A program made the position numbers and the translations under genes. A DNA stretch of 64,000 bases, from the NCBI GenBank assembly GCA_963703225.1, contig OY969801.1:320001-384000 (forward strand), given 5' to 3'. The notes under the pieces were generated by a model, which ran no database searches, was not told the origin of the DNA, and worked only from the letters and a program-made list of their open reading frames with translations. Origin of the DNA: Candidatus Eiseniibacteriota bacterium. GTDB lineage: Bacteria > Eisenbacteria > RBG-16-71-46 > SZUA-252. Shown here piece after piece: positions 1 through 9,675 of the stretch. The stretch's first letter is position 1, and each line of letters starts with the position of its first letter.

Positions 1-1
1 C

Positions 2-166
2 ACCAAGTCGCGCCCGCTCGACGCCCAGCGCCTTGCGCTCGAGCTCCACGCGCAAAATTTGACTGACCTCAAGTACGAGACCGCGGGCTACGTCTACGCC
101 GAGGTCCCGTACTTCTATCCCGCCTCCGGGCGGAGCTTCTTCCTGAGCCTGAAGGCGGAATTTTGA
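2..166 (+). CDS. TonB-dependent receptor, C-terminal fragment (truncated by window start)
   Basis: Manual translation of frame +2: ...LELHAQNLTDLKYETAGYVYAEVPYFYPASGRSFFLSLKAEF*. This has the NLxD...Y...GR motif and a terminal Phe beta-strand typical of TBDRs. Confidence 0.8.
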   Translation, partial: TKSRPLDAQRLALELHAQNLTDLKYETAGYVYAEVPYFYPASGRSFFLSLKAEF

Positions 167-1614
167 GCTGGCGCCGGACCTCGGGCCGCCCGCAGGCCGT
201 GAGCCACTCGCTCGGCCCGATCGATCTCGCCCTCATAGCGTTCTACTTCGCGTTTCTGGTCTTCGTCGGCCTCCGATTCTTTGGCATCGCCGGGAAAGAC
301 ACGACGGAGTACCTCGTCATGGGGCGCCGTCTGGCGCTCCCGTCCTTCGTGGCGACCCTCGTCACCACCTGGTACGGCGGCGTTCTCGGCGTCGGCGAGT
401 ACAGCTACCGCTACGGAATCTCCAATTGGCTCGTCTTCGGGGTCCCGTACTACATCGGCGCGGCGCTCTTCGCAATCTTTGTGGCGCGGCGCGCCCGGCA
501 GAGCCGCCTCTACACAATTCCCGACCAGCTTGCCCTCGTGTACGGCCGCCCAGCGGGGCTCCTGGGCGCCGTCATTCTCCAGTTTCTCTCGAGCCCCGCT
601 CCGTACGTCCTGATGCTGGGGGTGCTCCTCCAGGCGATGTTCGGTGGGCCGCTCTGGGTGGCGCTGGTGGTGGGGACCGTCGTGGCGACCGGCTACTCTC
701 TGCGGGGAGGTCTCCGCTCCGTGGTGCAAGCCGACCTGGTGCAGTTTCTCCTCATGTACGGGGGCTTTCTCGTCGCGCTCCCGCTCCTCGTCTCCCGCTA
801 CGGCGGGATCGGCTTCCTGCGCGCGCATCTTCCACCAACCCACTTCGTCTGGCACGGCGGGAACGATCCCCAGTACATCTTCGTCTGGTACCTGATCGCG
901 CTTCAGACGCTGGTCGAGCCGACCTTCTACCAGCGCGCCTTTGCGGCCGTGGACGAGCGGGTGGCGCAGCGAGGCGTCGTGATCTCGATCGCGTTCTGGA
1001 TGCTTTTCGACTTTCTCACGACATTCACCGGGCTCTACGCGCGGGCGCTCATGCCCCACCTCGCCGAGCCGGTCTACGCCTATCCGGCGCTGGCGGCCCA
1101 GTTCCTCCCGCCGATCCTCAAGGGCCTCTTCTATCTCGGGTTGCTTGCCACCGTCATGTCGACCGTGGACGGATACACGTTCATCGGAGGTGTGAACTTT
1201 GGGCGGGACCTCGTCTGGCGCTGGCGCAGGGAGGAGGACGAATCGCGCGTCAACCGCTACGTCCAGATCGGATTCTTCGTCACCGCGCTCCTCGCGCTCT
1301 CGATCGCGCTCTTCTTCCGTTCCGCGGTCGATCTCTGGCACGACGTGGGCTCGGTGGGCGTGTCCGCGCTCTTGGTGCCGCTCCTCTCGTCCTATCACTG
1401 GCGCTTGCGGATGACGCCGCGTGGAGCCGTGGCCGCAATGGCCCTCGCGGGAGGGGTCTCTCTGGCGTGGCTCCTCTGGCGGCGCGTGGGTCCGGGCGGG
1501 GAATATCCGCTCCACCTGGAGCCAATCTACGCGGGGCTCGCGGTGAGCATCTTGATTTGGGGCGCCACTTTCTTGTCCAGAAGACGGAACCTTCCGGCCT
1601 CGGCGGTGATCTAA
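163..1614 (+). CDS. Sodium:solute symporter (SSS) family transporter (start may be GTG at 199)
   Basis: Multi-TM protein with SSS motifs (EYLVMGRRL, YSLRGGLRSVVQAD, YQRAFAA, ATVMSTVD); directly follows the TBDR. Confidence 0.9.
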   Translation: MSWRRTSGRPQAVSHSLGPIDLALIAFYFAFLVFVGLRFFGIAGKDTTEYLVMGRRLALPSFVATLVTTWYGGVLGVGEYSYRYGISNWLVFGVPYYIGAALFAIFVARRARQSRLYTIPDQLALVYGRPAGLLGAVILQFLSSPAPYVLMLGVLLQAMFGGPLWVALVVGTVVATGYSLRGGLRSVVQADLVQFLLMYGGFLVALPLLVSRYGGIGFLRAHLPPTHFVWHGGNDPQYIFVWYLIALQTLVEPTFYQRAFAAVDERVAQRGVVISIAFWMLFDFLTTFTGLYARALMPHLAEPVYAYPALAAQFLPPILKGLFYLGLLATVMSTVDGYTFIGGVNFGRDLVWRWRREEDESRVNRYVQIGFFVTALLALSIALFFRSAVDLWHDVGSVGVSALLVPLLSSYHWRLRMTPRGAVAAMALAGGVSLAWLLWRRVGPGGEYPLHLEPIYAGLAVSILIWGATFLSRRRNLPASAVI

Positions 1615-1742
1615 ATATATGAGAGGGGTGGGTAACCGCCTTCGATCACGCCAGTTAACCTGGGTCGCCTCCTAGCGGGGAGGCTGGCGGCGGTCGGTAC
1701 TCTCAGGAACCGATAGATCCGCGGCACCGCAAGAACCGCGGA
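1600..1742. ncRNA. Unassigned structured intergenic element (possible ncRNA, 6S-like rod possible)
   Basis: Nested complementary segments gcggtg/caccgc, atcta/tagat, tgagag/ctctca, cgcca/tggcg and gcctcc/ggaggc; alternative hairpins tcggt/accga and tccgcgg/ccgcgga. No family recognised with confidence. Confidence 0.3.
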
Positions 1743-1747
1743 CGACG

Positions 1748-1782
1748 TCCCCGCCGGCGGAGCCCGGCGGGGATTATTTTTT
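1748..1782 (+). terminator. Rho-independent terminator
   Basis: tccccgccgg-cggagc-ccggcgggga stem-loop followed by ttatttttt. Confidence 0.8.
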
Positions 1783-1801
1783 CCCCTCGACCACGTCCAC
1801 T

Positions 1802-4236
1802 TTACCAGTCGACCGTCTTGACCTCGCAGAGCACCGACTCGAGATCGTTAAAGACGATCGACTTCGGCTCCGCCGGGACCGCGGGGAGATCGAACTCGGA
1901 GTGGCGGCCCTTGACGAAGACGCGGACCTTGGCGAACCGATCGCCTCCGAGGTCGATGCGAATCGGAACGAACATCTGAAAATCGTCCGGTACATTTTCC
2001 TGGTCGACGCGGCAGGTCACCTTGAATTGGCCGCCGGGCAGCGGAGTGGATCTCCACGAGAACCGATACAGCGGCACGCCCGTGCCGTAGATCCACTCGT
2101 GGAAGAACCAGGTCATGTCGCGGCCAGCATACTTTTCCACAACGTGCTGGAAGTCGGCGGTGGTGGCGTCCCTCTCGGCGTACGTTGAATAGAACTCCCG
2201 CATCATGTCGCCAAACCCGCCGTCCTTCATCGTGTCGAGGTCGAGGAACATGCTTCGCAGCATGTGCAGAACCCAGGCACCCTTCTCGTACACCACGAGC
2301 CGGTAGTCCTCGGGGGTCGTGCTCGTCCGCGTGCGCGGGCCGAGCGAAATCGGCCCCGCCTCCTGTCCGTCCCCAAGCAGGAATTGCCGATTCTGGATGA
2401 TCCGCTCCCGGGACCGCTTCATCGCGTCGAGGAATTTCTTGTTGTCCTTGGTCGCGGCCTGCAGGTAGCAGAGGGCCGAGAACTCGGCGAAGGCTTCGCT
2501 CAACCACCGGTCGTGGTAGGTCGCGGGGGCCACCCCCAGCGCGCCCCACCACTGGTGGGCCACCTCGTGTGAGAGCACAAGCTCGTCGGAGCCCTCGACC
2601 AGCGTGTTGTTGATCGTGCTCCAATCGAGGTGGATGAGACCCGGGAAAGCGATTCCCAGGAGGGAGCTTTCCAGCGGATTCTCGGCGACGTAGAACTTCT
2701 TGAGCTTGCTCGGGCCGTAGAGGACTTGATAAAAGGTCAGGCTGTTCGCGATCTCCGTCCCGACCTGCTTGTCCATGGGCCTTCCCTGGGGCAGCCCTTG
2801 CTCGCTCGGCGACTCTCCGGCGGATTCCTGCAGCCGACGGTGCGCCGCTTCGGACGTCAGTATTGTGACGGGCGGGATCTTCTCCGCACGGATCGTGTGC
2901 TCCTTGTAAATCCCGATCATGAAGGACGACTGGAGAATGGGCGTCGAGACACTCCAACGCGAAGCAAACATGTTCCCCCTTCGCTGCCCTGGAGACGGAT
3001 CCCCCACGGAAACCAGGGTGTATTCCGACGGGTACTCGTATTCCAGCTCGTAGGTCGCGCGCCGCCCCGGCACCATTCGCGGATACCAGAACGTTCCCGG
3101 GTCGAAATGGACCCAGTCGTCCTCGCGCGTCACCACCACGCCGTGATAGGTCACGCGCAACGTTCGCTCCTCGTCGCGCGCCAGCGGGTGATCGCTCCGG
3201 ACCCAGAGGAGGAGCGCCCCCTGTCCTTTGAAAAACTCGGCAGCCTCGCCGCTCTCCCAGCGGACGGAATCAACGTCGAGACTGGGATCCAGGGCGAAGG
3301 CGATCCAGTTCTGGCCCGCCTCGAGCGAGCGGAAACGGGCCTCTTCCTCGCCGGAGAGCTTGAGCCCGCCGTCGAACCGGGTTCGAATCCGGTAGTGGGC
3401 GTCGTCGAAGGTGGACCTGTAGTCACCGGCCGCGGTCGCCTTTCCCGTCGGGACTTTCCGCCGGGGCTCGCCTCGACTCGATCGGCCTCTCGCTCTCGAT
3501 CAGCCTCGAGAGGGAACTGGCAGATCACCTCTCGATTTCGTACCCGGTACTGGAAGAACGTCGCCTTGACCTGTCTCCAGAGTTGAACCTGTTCCCTCTG
3601 GAATGGGTCGATCTCGTAGATGAATCCCTTCGACCCCTTCTGGCCGACGAACGCGAGGAACAGCTCGTTCGACGCCCCCTCGAGGCAGGTCTTGCCGACG
3701 CTGTAGTTGACGTCCTTCGATTTGGAATCGAGGAGAAGGTCCAGGCACTTCTGGACCGCGTCCGGCGCCTCATCGGCGATCGTCCCCATCGTGAATTTTG
3801 CCTCGGCGGCCAGCTCGACGAGGGTGGTGTCCGCGAAGAGGAGGACGATCGTTTCGAATTTGGTCGCCAGCGAATCGGTGTCGTAGAAACGCTTGAGCTG
3901 GTCGCGCTCGATGGTCGTGGGTGGTCGGAAGGCAAAGGTTCCCCGTCCCGTAAACACACAGCCCCATATACGCCCCTCGACGGGACGGAAGAGCGCCATC
4001 TGTCCTTGCGTGAACTGAATGGTCGCCACGTCGCGGCGGAGGATCAGGTTCTGGACGGTCGCGACACGGGCGGGATCGGGCGACATCCCGTCCAGCTCGG
4101 CGAAAATCTTCTCGTACGCGGTGGCGGGAGCCGGGGCGGGGGCCGGTGTTCGGGTGGCTCGGGACGGGACCGCTGCAGCCGTTGGGATCGTGGAGAGAAG
4201 AGCCAGAGCGGCCAACACCAGAGCACGGGGAGCCAT
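1802..4236 (-). CDS. Secreted M1-family (gluzincin) aminopeptidase-like protein, one apparent frameshift at about 3460-3510
   Basis: C-terminal part has HEVAHQWW, WLSEAFAEF and YEKGAWVLHMLR, and its frame is open upstream to about 3480 (RRKVPTGKATAAGDYRSTF...). N-terminal part with signal peptide (MAPRALVLAALALL) is in another frame. Start uncertain. Confidence 0.8.
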
Positions 4237-4454
4237 GCTGGCCGACACCGCAGCGCGGGGAGCCAGGAGAGCCAGGCGGCGGATCCACTCTGGGGCGGCT
4301 CCACCACGGCGATTCACGAAAAGCCTCCGAAGCCATTCGGCTCTGGTCCGGCTGGACGGGGACTCACATTCGAGCATGAGCCGCAGGCCAAGAATTGTCA
4401 ACGCGACGCCTCGACGGTACCGGCCCGCCCCGGCCTCGGCTATTCTGAAGGGCG

Positions 4455-5990
4455 ATGACAGAACCCTCTCCTCTGCCGCTCCGCATGGCGATGGCCTGGG
4501 CACTCTTCGCGGCGGCCGTGGCCACCGCGTTCGCGTTCGCCACGTACCGTGCGCTGCCGCCCGCGAGCGACGCCTGGGACTACGCGCAGGAGGCGCGGCA
4601 GCTGGCGCGTGGCGAGGGATTCACCTCGCTCTACACGTATCCATCGCACATCGGTGAGGATCACCCGCCGTTTCCCGTGCGGTGGAGGATGCCGGGTTTT
4701 GCGTGGGTCGGCGCGGGGCTTCTGAAATGGGGCGTCCCGCTCCCCGCGGGATTCTTCGCGATCGCGATCGCCGCCCACGCGCTGCTCGTGATGCTCGTCT
4801 TTCTCCTCGCCACGCACCTTCACTCGTGGCGGGCCGGAGCCATCGCGGCCGCCGCCGCGATCGCCTCGCCGCTCCTCCTCGATCCCTACGCGGCGGCCCT
4901 GAGCCAGGTACCCACCGCGGCGCTCTCGCTCGGTGTTTGGCTGCTCTTGCTGCGGGGAAGGGGGGTCGCGAGCGCGGCCTCCGCCGCCCTGCTCGCCGCG
5001 GCCGCGTGGTACCTTCGGGGCGAGTCCCTGCTCTTTGCGCCGCTCTGGCTCTGGACGGCGTGGAAGAAGGGCAGCGCGGCGCGGGGCGCGGCGTTCGCGG
5101 TCGCTTACGTCGCGCTCTGCGTGCCCTGGCCTTTCGCGCTCCACGCGATGACCGGCGCCACAACCCCCATCCATGGAAATCCGATGCTTCTCTACACCGC
5201 GCAGTATCCGGGCTATTCCTCCACGCGGACGTATGCCGAGAGTTTGCCCGGTGTCTTGGAGTACGTGGCGCAGCATCCCGCGGCGCTCCTCTGGAGAATC
5301 ATGAAGGACGGCGTTGGCTACGGCGTCGACCTCTTGTGGGGGCTCGGTCCGATCGCCGTGGGATTGGGGATGGCGGGGCTACTCCTGCGCGAGCCGGCCG
5401 TGCGCTGGCGCTCGCTGGCACCCGCCCTGCCGCTCCTCATCGCGGCGGCGCTTCAGATCGCCGCGTTTTCCTGCCTCGAGCGAAGCCCTCGCTTCCTGGT
5501 TCCGGCGCTGCCGCTCGTCTGCGTGGCGCTTGGGCTGGCGGCGGCGCCCGCGCTCGACCGATTCTGCGGCCGGAGCATGGTGCTCGCGATATTCGCTCTC
5601 TTACTGCTCGAGCGCGGCGCGGTGGTGGCGCTTGAGGTGAGAAACGCGGCGCGCCGCTTCCCGCCTCTCCCCACATCGCTCGTGGGCGAGTTGGAGACGC
5701 GGATGAGCGGCGCGCCGAAAACGGCTCTCCTTTGGACCGACGTTCCCGATTGGGCGGCCTGGCATCTCGACCGGTCCGCCCTGTTGCTACCCCTGTGGCG
5801 GCAGATGGCGCAGCTCCAGGCCGATCACCCCGCCGCGGCGATCTTCCTTTCGCCCGAAGCCCGCTCCCGAAACTTGGCCGACGGCGAGAGCGAGTGGGTG
5901 CGCGCCATCGAGCGTGGCGACTCTATTCCCGGGTGGGGTGAGCCGGAGCCGCTCACAGCCGGCTCCCGGCTTTACCGGCGGGAACACTAG
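4455..5990 (+). CDS. GT-C fold (ArnT/PMT-like) integral membrane glycosyltransferase
   Basis: N-terminal TM followed by SDAWDYAQEARQLARGEG, many TM helices and an ERSPRFLVP motif. Confidence 0.65.
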   Translation: MTEPSPLPLRMAMAWALFAAAVATAFAFATYRALPPASDAWDYAQEARQLARGEGFTSLYTYPSHIGEDHPPFPVRWRMPGFAWVGAGLLKWGVPLPAGFFAIAIAAHALLVMLVFLLATHLHSWRAGAIAAAAAIASPLLLDPYAAALSQVPTAALSLGVWLLLLRGRGVASAASAALLAAAAWYLRGESLLFAPLWLWTAWKKGSAARGAAFAVAYVALCVPWPFALHAMTGATTPIHGNPMLLYTAQYPGYSSTRTYAESLPGVLEYVAQHPAALLWRIMKDGVGYGVDLLWGLGPIAVGLGMAGLLLREPAVRWRSLAPALPLLIAAALQIAAFSCLERSPRFLVPALPLVCVALGLAAAPALDRFCGRSMVLAIFALLLLERGAVVALEVRNAARRFPPLPTSLVGELETRMSGAPKTALLWTDVPDWAAWHLDRSALLLPLWRQMAQLQADHPAAAIFLSPEARSRNLADGESEWVRAIERGDSIPGWGEPEPLTAGSRLYRREH

Positions 5991-6052
5991 CCACCGCGCG
6001 CCGGGCCGGTTCCACCGCGCGTCTGCCGACCCACCCACCAGGCAACCCGCGG

Positions 6053-6682
6053 CTACTGCACCTTGGTGAAGGTGATCTCCACCTGCTTCACATCCTTGCC
6101 GTCCCTGTTGCACGTCATCAAGAAGGTATTCGTGTTCGCGTCGATGATCGTCGTGATCATCTTGACGGCCAGGGGCTTTCCGGTGGTCGGATCATCCATC
6201 GTCGAGTTGATCGTGATGACTTTGCCCGATGCATCTGGCTGGCCGTCCTTGCCCAGGGTCAGCATCGTGCCCCAGTTGTCGACCCAGACGTTGGTAAATT
6301 GCTTCTTCGTATTGTCGTAGCCGAGGATCTCCATCCCTTCGAACGGCATCCCGGCCATGTCGCCCGTGTGCTTGCTCTGGAGGTAGCGCCCGCCCATGAT
6401 CCACGAACGCTGGCACGTCCCCTCGCTCACGGTGGGCTCCGGCCCCCAATACGACTTGGTGCTGGTCTTCCAATTGCCCACGAGCGGATTCAACAACGCG
6501 TGCATCGGGCCGGGAGACGCTTGCCTCAGCATCTCCGCCATCTGGGCGTCCTGCTCGGCCTTCGCCTTGTCGGCCGCGTCTTTCTTGGGCGCGTCGGCCG
6601 CCAGCGCCGCCTGGGCGCCAAAGACGAACAGGCAGACGAACGGGAGGAACCAGTGGACCGGAGAGCGGAATCGTGCGTGCAT
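6053..6682 (-). CDS. Secreted DUF1579-like protein
   Basis: RBS GAGGAG before ATG 6682; signal peptide; motifs PGPMH..L..LVGNW, GGRYL, FEG..ILGYDN.KK.F...WVDN.GT. Confidence 0.8.
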   Translation of the reverse strand: MHARFRSPVHWFLPFVCLFVFGAQAALAADAPKKDAADKAKAEQDAQMAEMLRQASPGPMHALLNPLVGNWKTSTKSYWGPEPTVSEGTCQRSWIMGGRYLQSKHTGDMAGMPFEGMEILGYDNTKKQFTNVWVDNWGTMLTLGKDGQPDASGKVITINSTMDDPTTGKPLAVKMITTIIDANTNTFLMTCNRDGKDVKQVEITFTKVQ

Positions 6683-6773
6683 CGTAACCTCCTCAGTTCT
6701 CGGACATTGGGTAGGGAATGCGAGACCGAAGAAATTAACACAATTCACGCCCCCCGGCCACGGCCCCCCACAG

Positions 6774-7142
6774 TTACTTCTTGGTCGTCTCCTTTGGCTT
6801 GGACGAGCTGCCGACCGTCACCATCGAGCTGAGCTTCTGGTACTGCTGCTTGGTCACGATCCCCTTCTTCTGCAGCTCATCCTTCGACTTGAACGGCCGC
6901 GCGGCGATGAGCTTCTCGGCCGTCGCGTCGTCAATCCCCGGGAGCGTCATCAGCTGATCCTTTGAAGCCGTGTTGATGTTGACGTGAGGCTTGGCCGGCT
7001 TGCTCGAATCTGAGTGATGGGCCGGCTGCGTGCTCGATGCCGGCGGGGTGGTTGACTGTGGCGTGGCATCGTCCGCGAGCGCGATCACCGGGATCACCAG
7101 TCCGAAAGCCAATGCAGCGAGAAGCCATTTGGAGCGTCTCAT
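6774..7142 (-). CDS. Secreted helix-hairpin-helix (ComEA-like) protein
   Basis: Signal peptide, then VNINTASKDQLMTLPGID...AEKLIAARPFKSKDEL; ATG overlaps the upstream stop (ATGA). Confidence 0.85.
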   Translation of the reverse strand: MRRSKWLLAALAFGLVIPVIALADDATPQSTTPPASSTQPAHHSDSSKPAKPHVNINTASKDQLMTLPGIDDATAEKLIAARPFKSKDELQKKGIVTKQQYQKLSSMVTVGSSSKPKETTKK

Positions 7143-7771
7143 GAGAATTCTCCTAACGAGGGCGATGACAAGCACGCCGCCGTGCCCTCATGGCGGACGG
7201 CGCGAGGGGGGACCATGAGCCCCCTCTGGGACATGGAGCCGACTTGGGATGTGGCTTGGAGGTGTCGCGATGGAGCGGGAAGAAGAAGGACGACCTGTGA
7301 ATCGGAAGCGGGGCGGGAGACGCAGCGGCGAATCGGGGAGCAAGCCCGAGACGCGGAGAGCTGTGGGCCCGCGCGCGGGGGACCGCGCCCTGAATTCACG
7401 AGGCCGTCCAAACTGGAATGGGCGATCGAGCGAAACGCCCCGATGCGCCATGCGAACAATGGAGTGGGGTCGTCCTGGGTCCGAATGAGCGTGGCTGCAA
7501 AGCCATCGGAACGGGAGCGACTCTGGGATCGATGGGAGGCGGTCCGGGCTGGGCTGCGGGAGGGATGATGGGGCGCGGGTCGGCGTGCGGGCATTGGATT
7601 TGGCTGGGACGGGCGGCCCACGCTCAGAACGCGGGTCGTAGATTGCGGCCGGGGTAGGCGCGGGGCGCTGGTCCTCTCGACAGCGTTCCCGGCACTGGCC
7701 GGCGGAGCGTTCCAGAGGAAGGCGAGGACTCCGATCGCCACCCCGAACGCAAGCAACCGCAATGACTTCAT
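7139..7771 (-). CDS. Hypothetical signal-peptide-bearing low-complexity leader protein with RGPPRAGP motif
   Basis: RBS GAGGAG before ATG 7771; hydrophobic signal (MKSLRLLAFGVAIGVLAFLWNAPPASA); Pro/Ser/Arg-rich body; stop coupled to the next gene. Confidence 0.5.
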   Translation of the reverse strand: MKSLRLLAFGVAIGVLAFLWNAPPASAGNAVERTSAPRLPRPQSTTRVLSVGRPSQPNPMPARRPAPHHPSRSPARTASHRSQSRSRSDGFAATLIRTQDDPTPLFAWRIGAFRSIAHSSLDGLVNSGRGPPRAGPQLSASRACSPIRRCVSRPASDSQVVLLLPAPSRHLQATSQVGSMSQRGLMVPPRAVRHEGTAACLSSPSLGEFS

Positions 7772-7859
7772 CCCAATCTCCTCGCCGCTCGGGAGACCGA
7801 CCCGGCCCCCCTTACTAGGCGTTTGGAGATACACCTGCCCATTTCCGAGGTTCCGAAAT

Positions 7860-9648
7860 CTAGATCCGGGTTTCGTTCGGCTCAGGTCCGGCAGGCGGTT
7901 CGGGCCCTCTGGCGCCAAGCGGGGGAGCCTCATGCGGCCGGCGGAGGTAGGTGCCCAAGCCGCCCGGGCTCTGGGCCCTGGTCAGCGCCAAAGCAACCCG
8001 AGGCAAGGAGAGGGGATCCGGGTAGACGAGGTAGCGGTCTTCGAACTCAGGCGCGAACTTCTTCTTCCAGCGGAAGAGGCCCTCGAAGTCGTAGAAGCGA
8101 GCGAGGTGGTTCATGAGGAAGGCCCGGGACTTGTCGGGAGGCTCGGACGGGGCCGCCTCATCTACATTGGCGAGCGCCGAGAGCGAGAGCGAAAGCATGG
8201 CCTCGCCCCGGCCCCGCGCCGCCTCCACCGACTTCGCGATCAAGAAATCCATGACGCCGCTGGGCGCGTCGTTCCGCCGTCGCGTGAGATCGAGCGCCCA
8301 TCCGCGCCGCGCCCAGATCGGAACCCACGACACGAACGCCGAAGCGCGGCGCTCGGCAGGGTTCCACGCCACCTCCACCCACGAGGAGCGAAGCCACGCC
8401 GGATCAAAGCGGCCCATGCAGAAGCCTTTCTCCTGGCCGTGGCGCGTGTGCATCCACTCCGCCGAGATCGCGCGGAGCTGCTCGGGGATCCCGTCTGGGT
8501 CGTGGGCGAACGAGAGGGGATTGACTCCCGGAATGTAGGCGCGAGTCTCCCATCCCGCCTCCTCCAGCTTGCCGGCAGCTCGTCGGACTGTACCCATGGC
8601 GGGACCCTCCAGCGAGAAACGCTCCGGAAAGAGGATCGGATCCTCGCCGATGTGGATCGATCGCCATCCAAGGGCCTTGTAGTGGGACAGCCGCTCCGGC
8701 CGGGCCTGGAAGAACGCGAAATCCCAGTCGTGCTCGCTGCAGAACTGCGCGAACGATTGGAGCAGCGCGGGGAATTCCTCCTCCGGCCCCACCGGATCCC
8801 CGATGCCCAGGAGCACGTTCGACTCAAACCGGTAGGCAATGACCGCCCGACCATTGGCGCTGAAGAAGTAGTCGGAGTCGGGGGCCAGCGCGAACGCCGA
8901 GACGCTGGAGTCGCCGTGGGATTGGAGCAGTGCCGCGACCCGGTCTCGCTCCGCGCGGTGGCGGCCCCGGTGGGTGACTGGGCGGAGCGCGGCGACCGCG
9001 ACACCGACGAGGAAGACCGCGGACATCACGTCCACCGATCCAAAGAACCAATTGATTCGGTGCCGCATGCGGAGGGGGAGGGCTGGATCGAGGGCGATCG
9101 TCTCGCTGTCCAATGCCGAAGAGGTGGTAGACCGCGTCGACCAGAACTCGGCTGATCGATGCTCCGCCGCCGTAGCGTGAAGCGACAATCCAGCACCCAA
9201 CCGTTGTGTAGAGGCCCAGCGCGAGGGCCGCGAACACCGCTCGAGACCGGAGCGCGCCCAGCGTCAGCTCACGACTCTTCACCCGGAACGAATCGGCGCT
9301 GACCGCGAGAAGGAACATGAGGGTGGATGCCGCGGTCGCCTCCTCGAAATCAATCGCCTTGAGCAGGTTTGCGGGGACCGAGACCGCGCAGAGAAAGAGC
9401 GCGGCGACAAAGGCCCTGCGCTTCCCGCTTCGCAGTCCCCAGGCGGTTACGAGCAGAAGGAGCCCCGACAGGAGCGTGAACGTGCGGCTGGTATCGATGA
9501 CCTCCGTCGGAACGAGCCGTCGGAGAGCAAGAAGTCGATCCGGAGGGTGTGACAGGAACGCGGAGAGAAGGTTTATTACGCCCTGCGCCGCAACGGCGAG
9601 CGCGAGGAGGTATCGGCGCCAGAGTTTCAGTTGGAGACCATTCGACAA
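7860..9648 (-). CDS. MprF-like aminoacyl-phosphatidylglycerol synthase (short TM region + DUF2156), apparent frameshift at about 9110
   Basis: TM N-terminal part (GLRSGKRRA, NLLKAIDFEEA) and catalytic C-terminal part (GDPVGP, IGEDP, LDLTRR, GVMDFL, FYDFEGLFRWKKKFAPEFEDRYLVY) lie in different frames joined at attggacagcgag. Confidence 0.8.
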
Positions 9649-9675
9649 GCGGTCAGGGGTTTCGCGGGAGAGGGG

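Noticed and set aside
1620..1712. Glycine or ZTP riboswitch
   Set aside because: Only fragments match (gagag...actctcagg; ggtgggtaaccgcc). Core elements are missing or inverted, and the element is 3' of the gene.
5416..5430. TGGCAC-N5-CTGC as a sigma54 promoter
   Set aside because: Imperfect -12 element, located deep inside a CDS with no downstream gene start on that strand.
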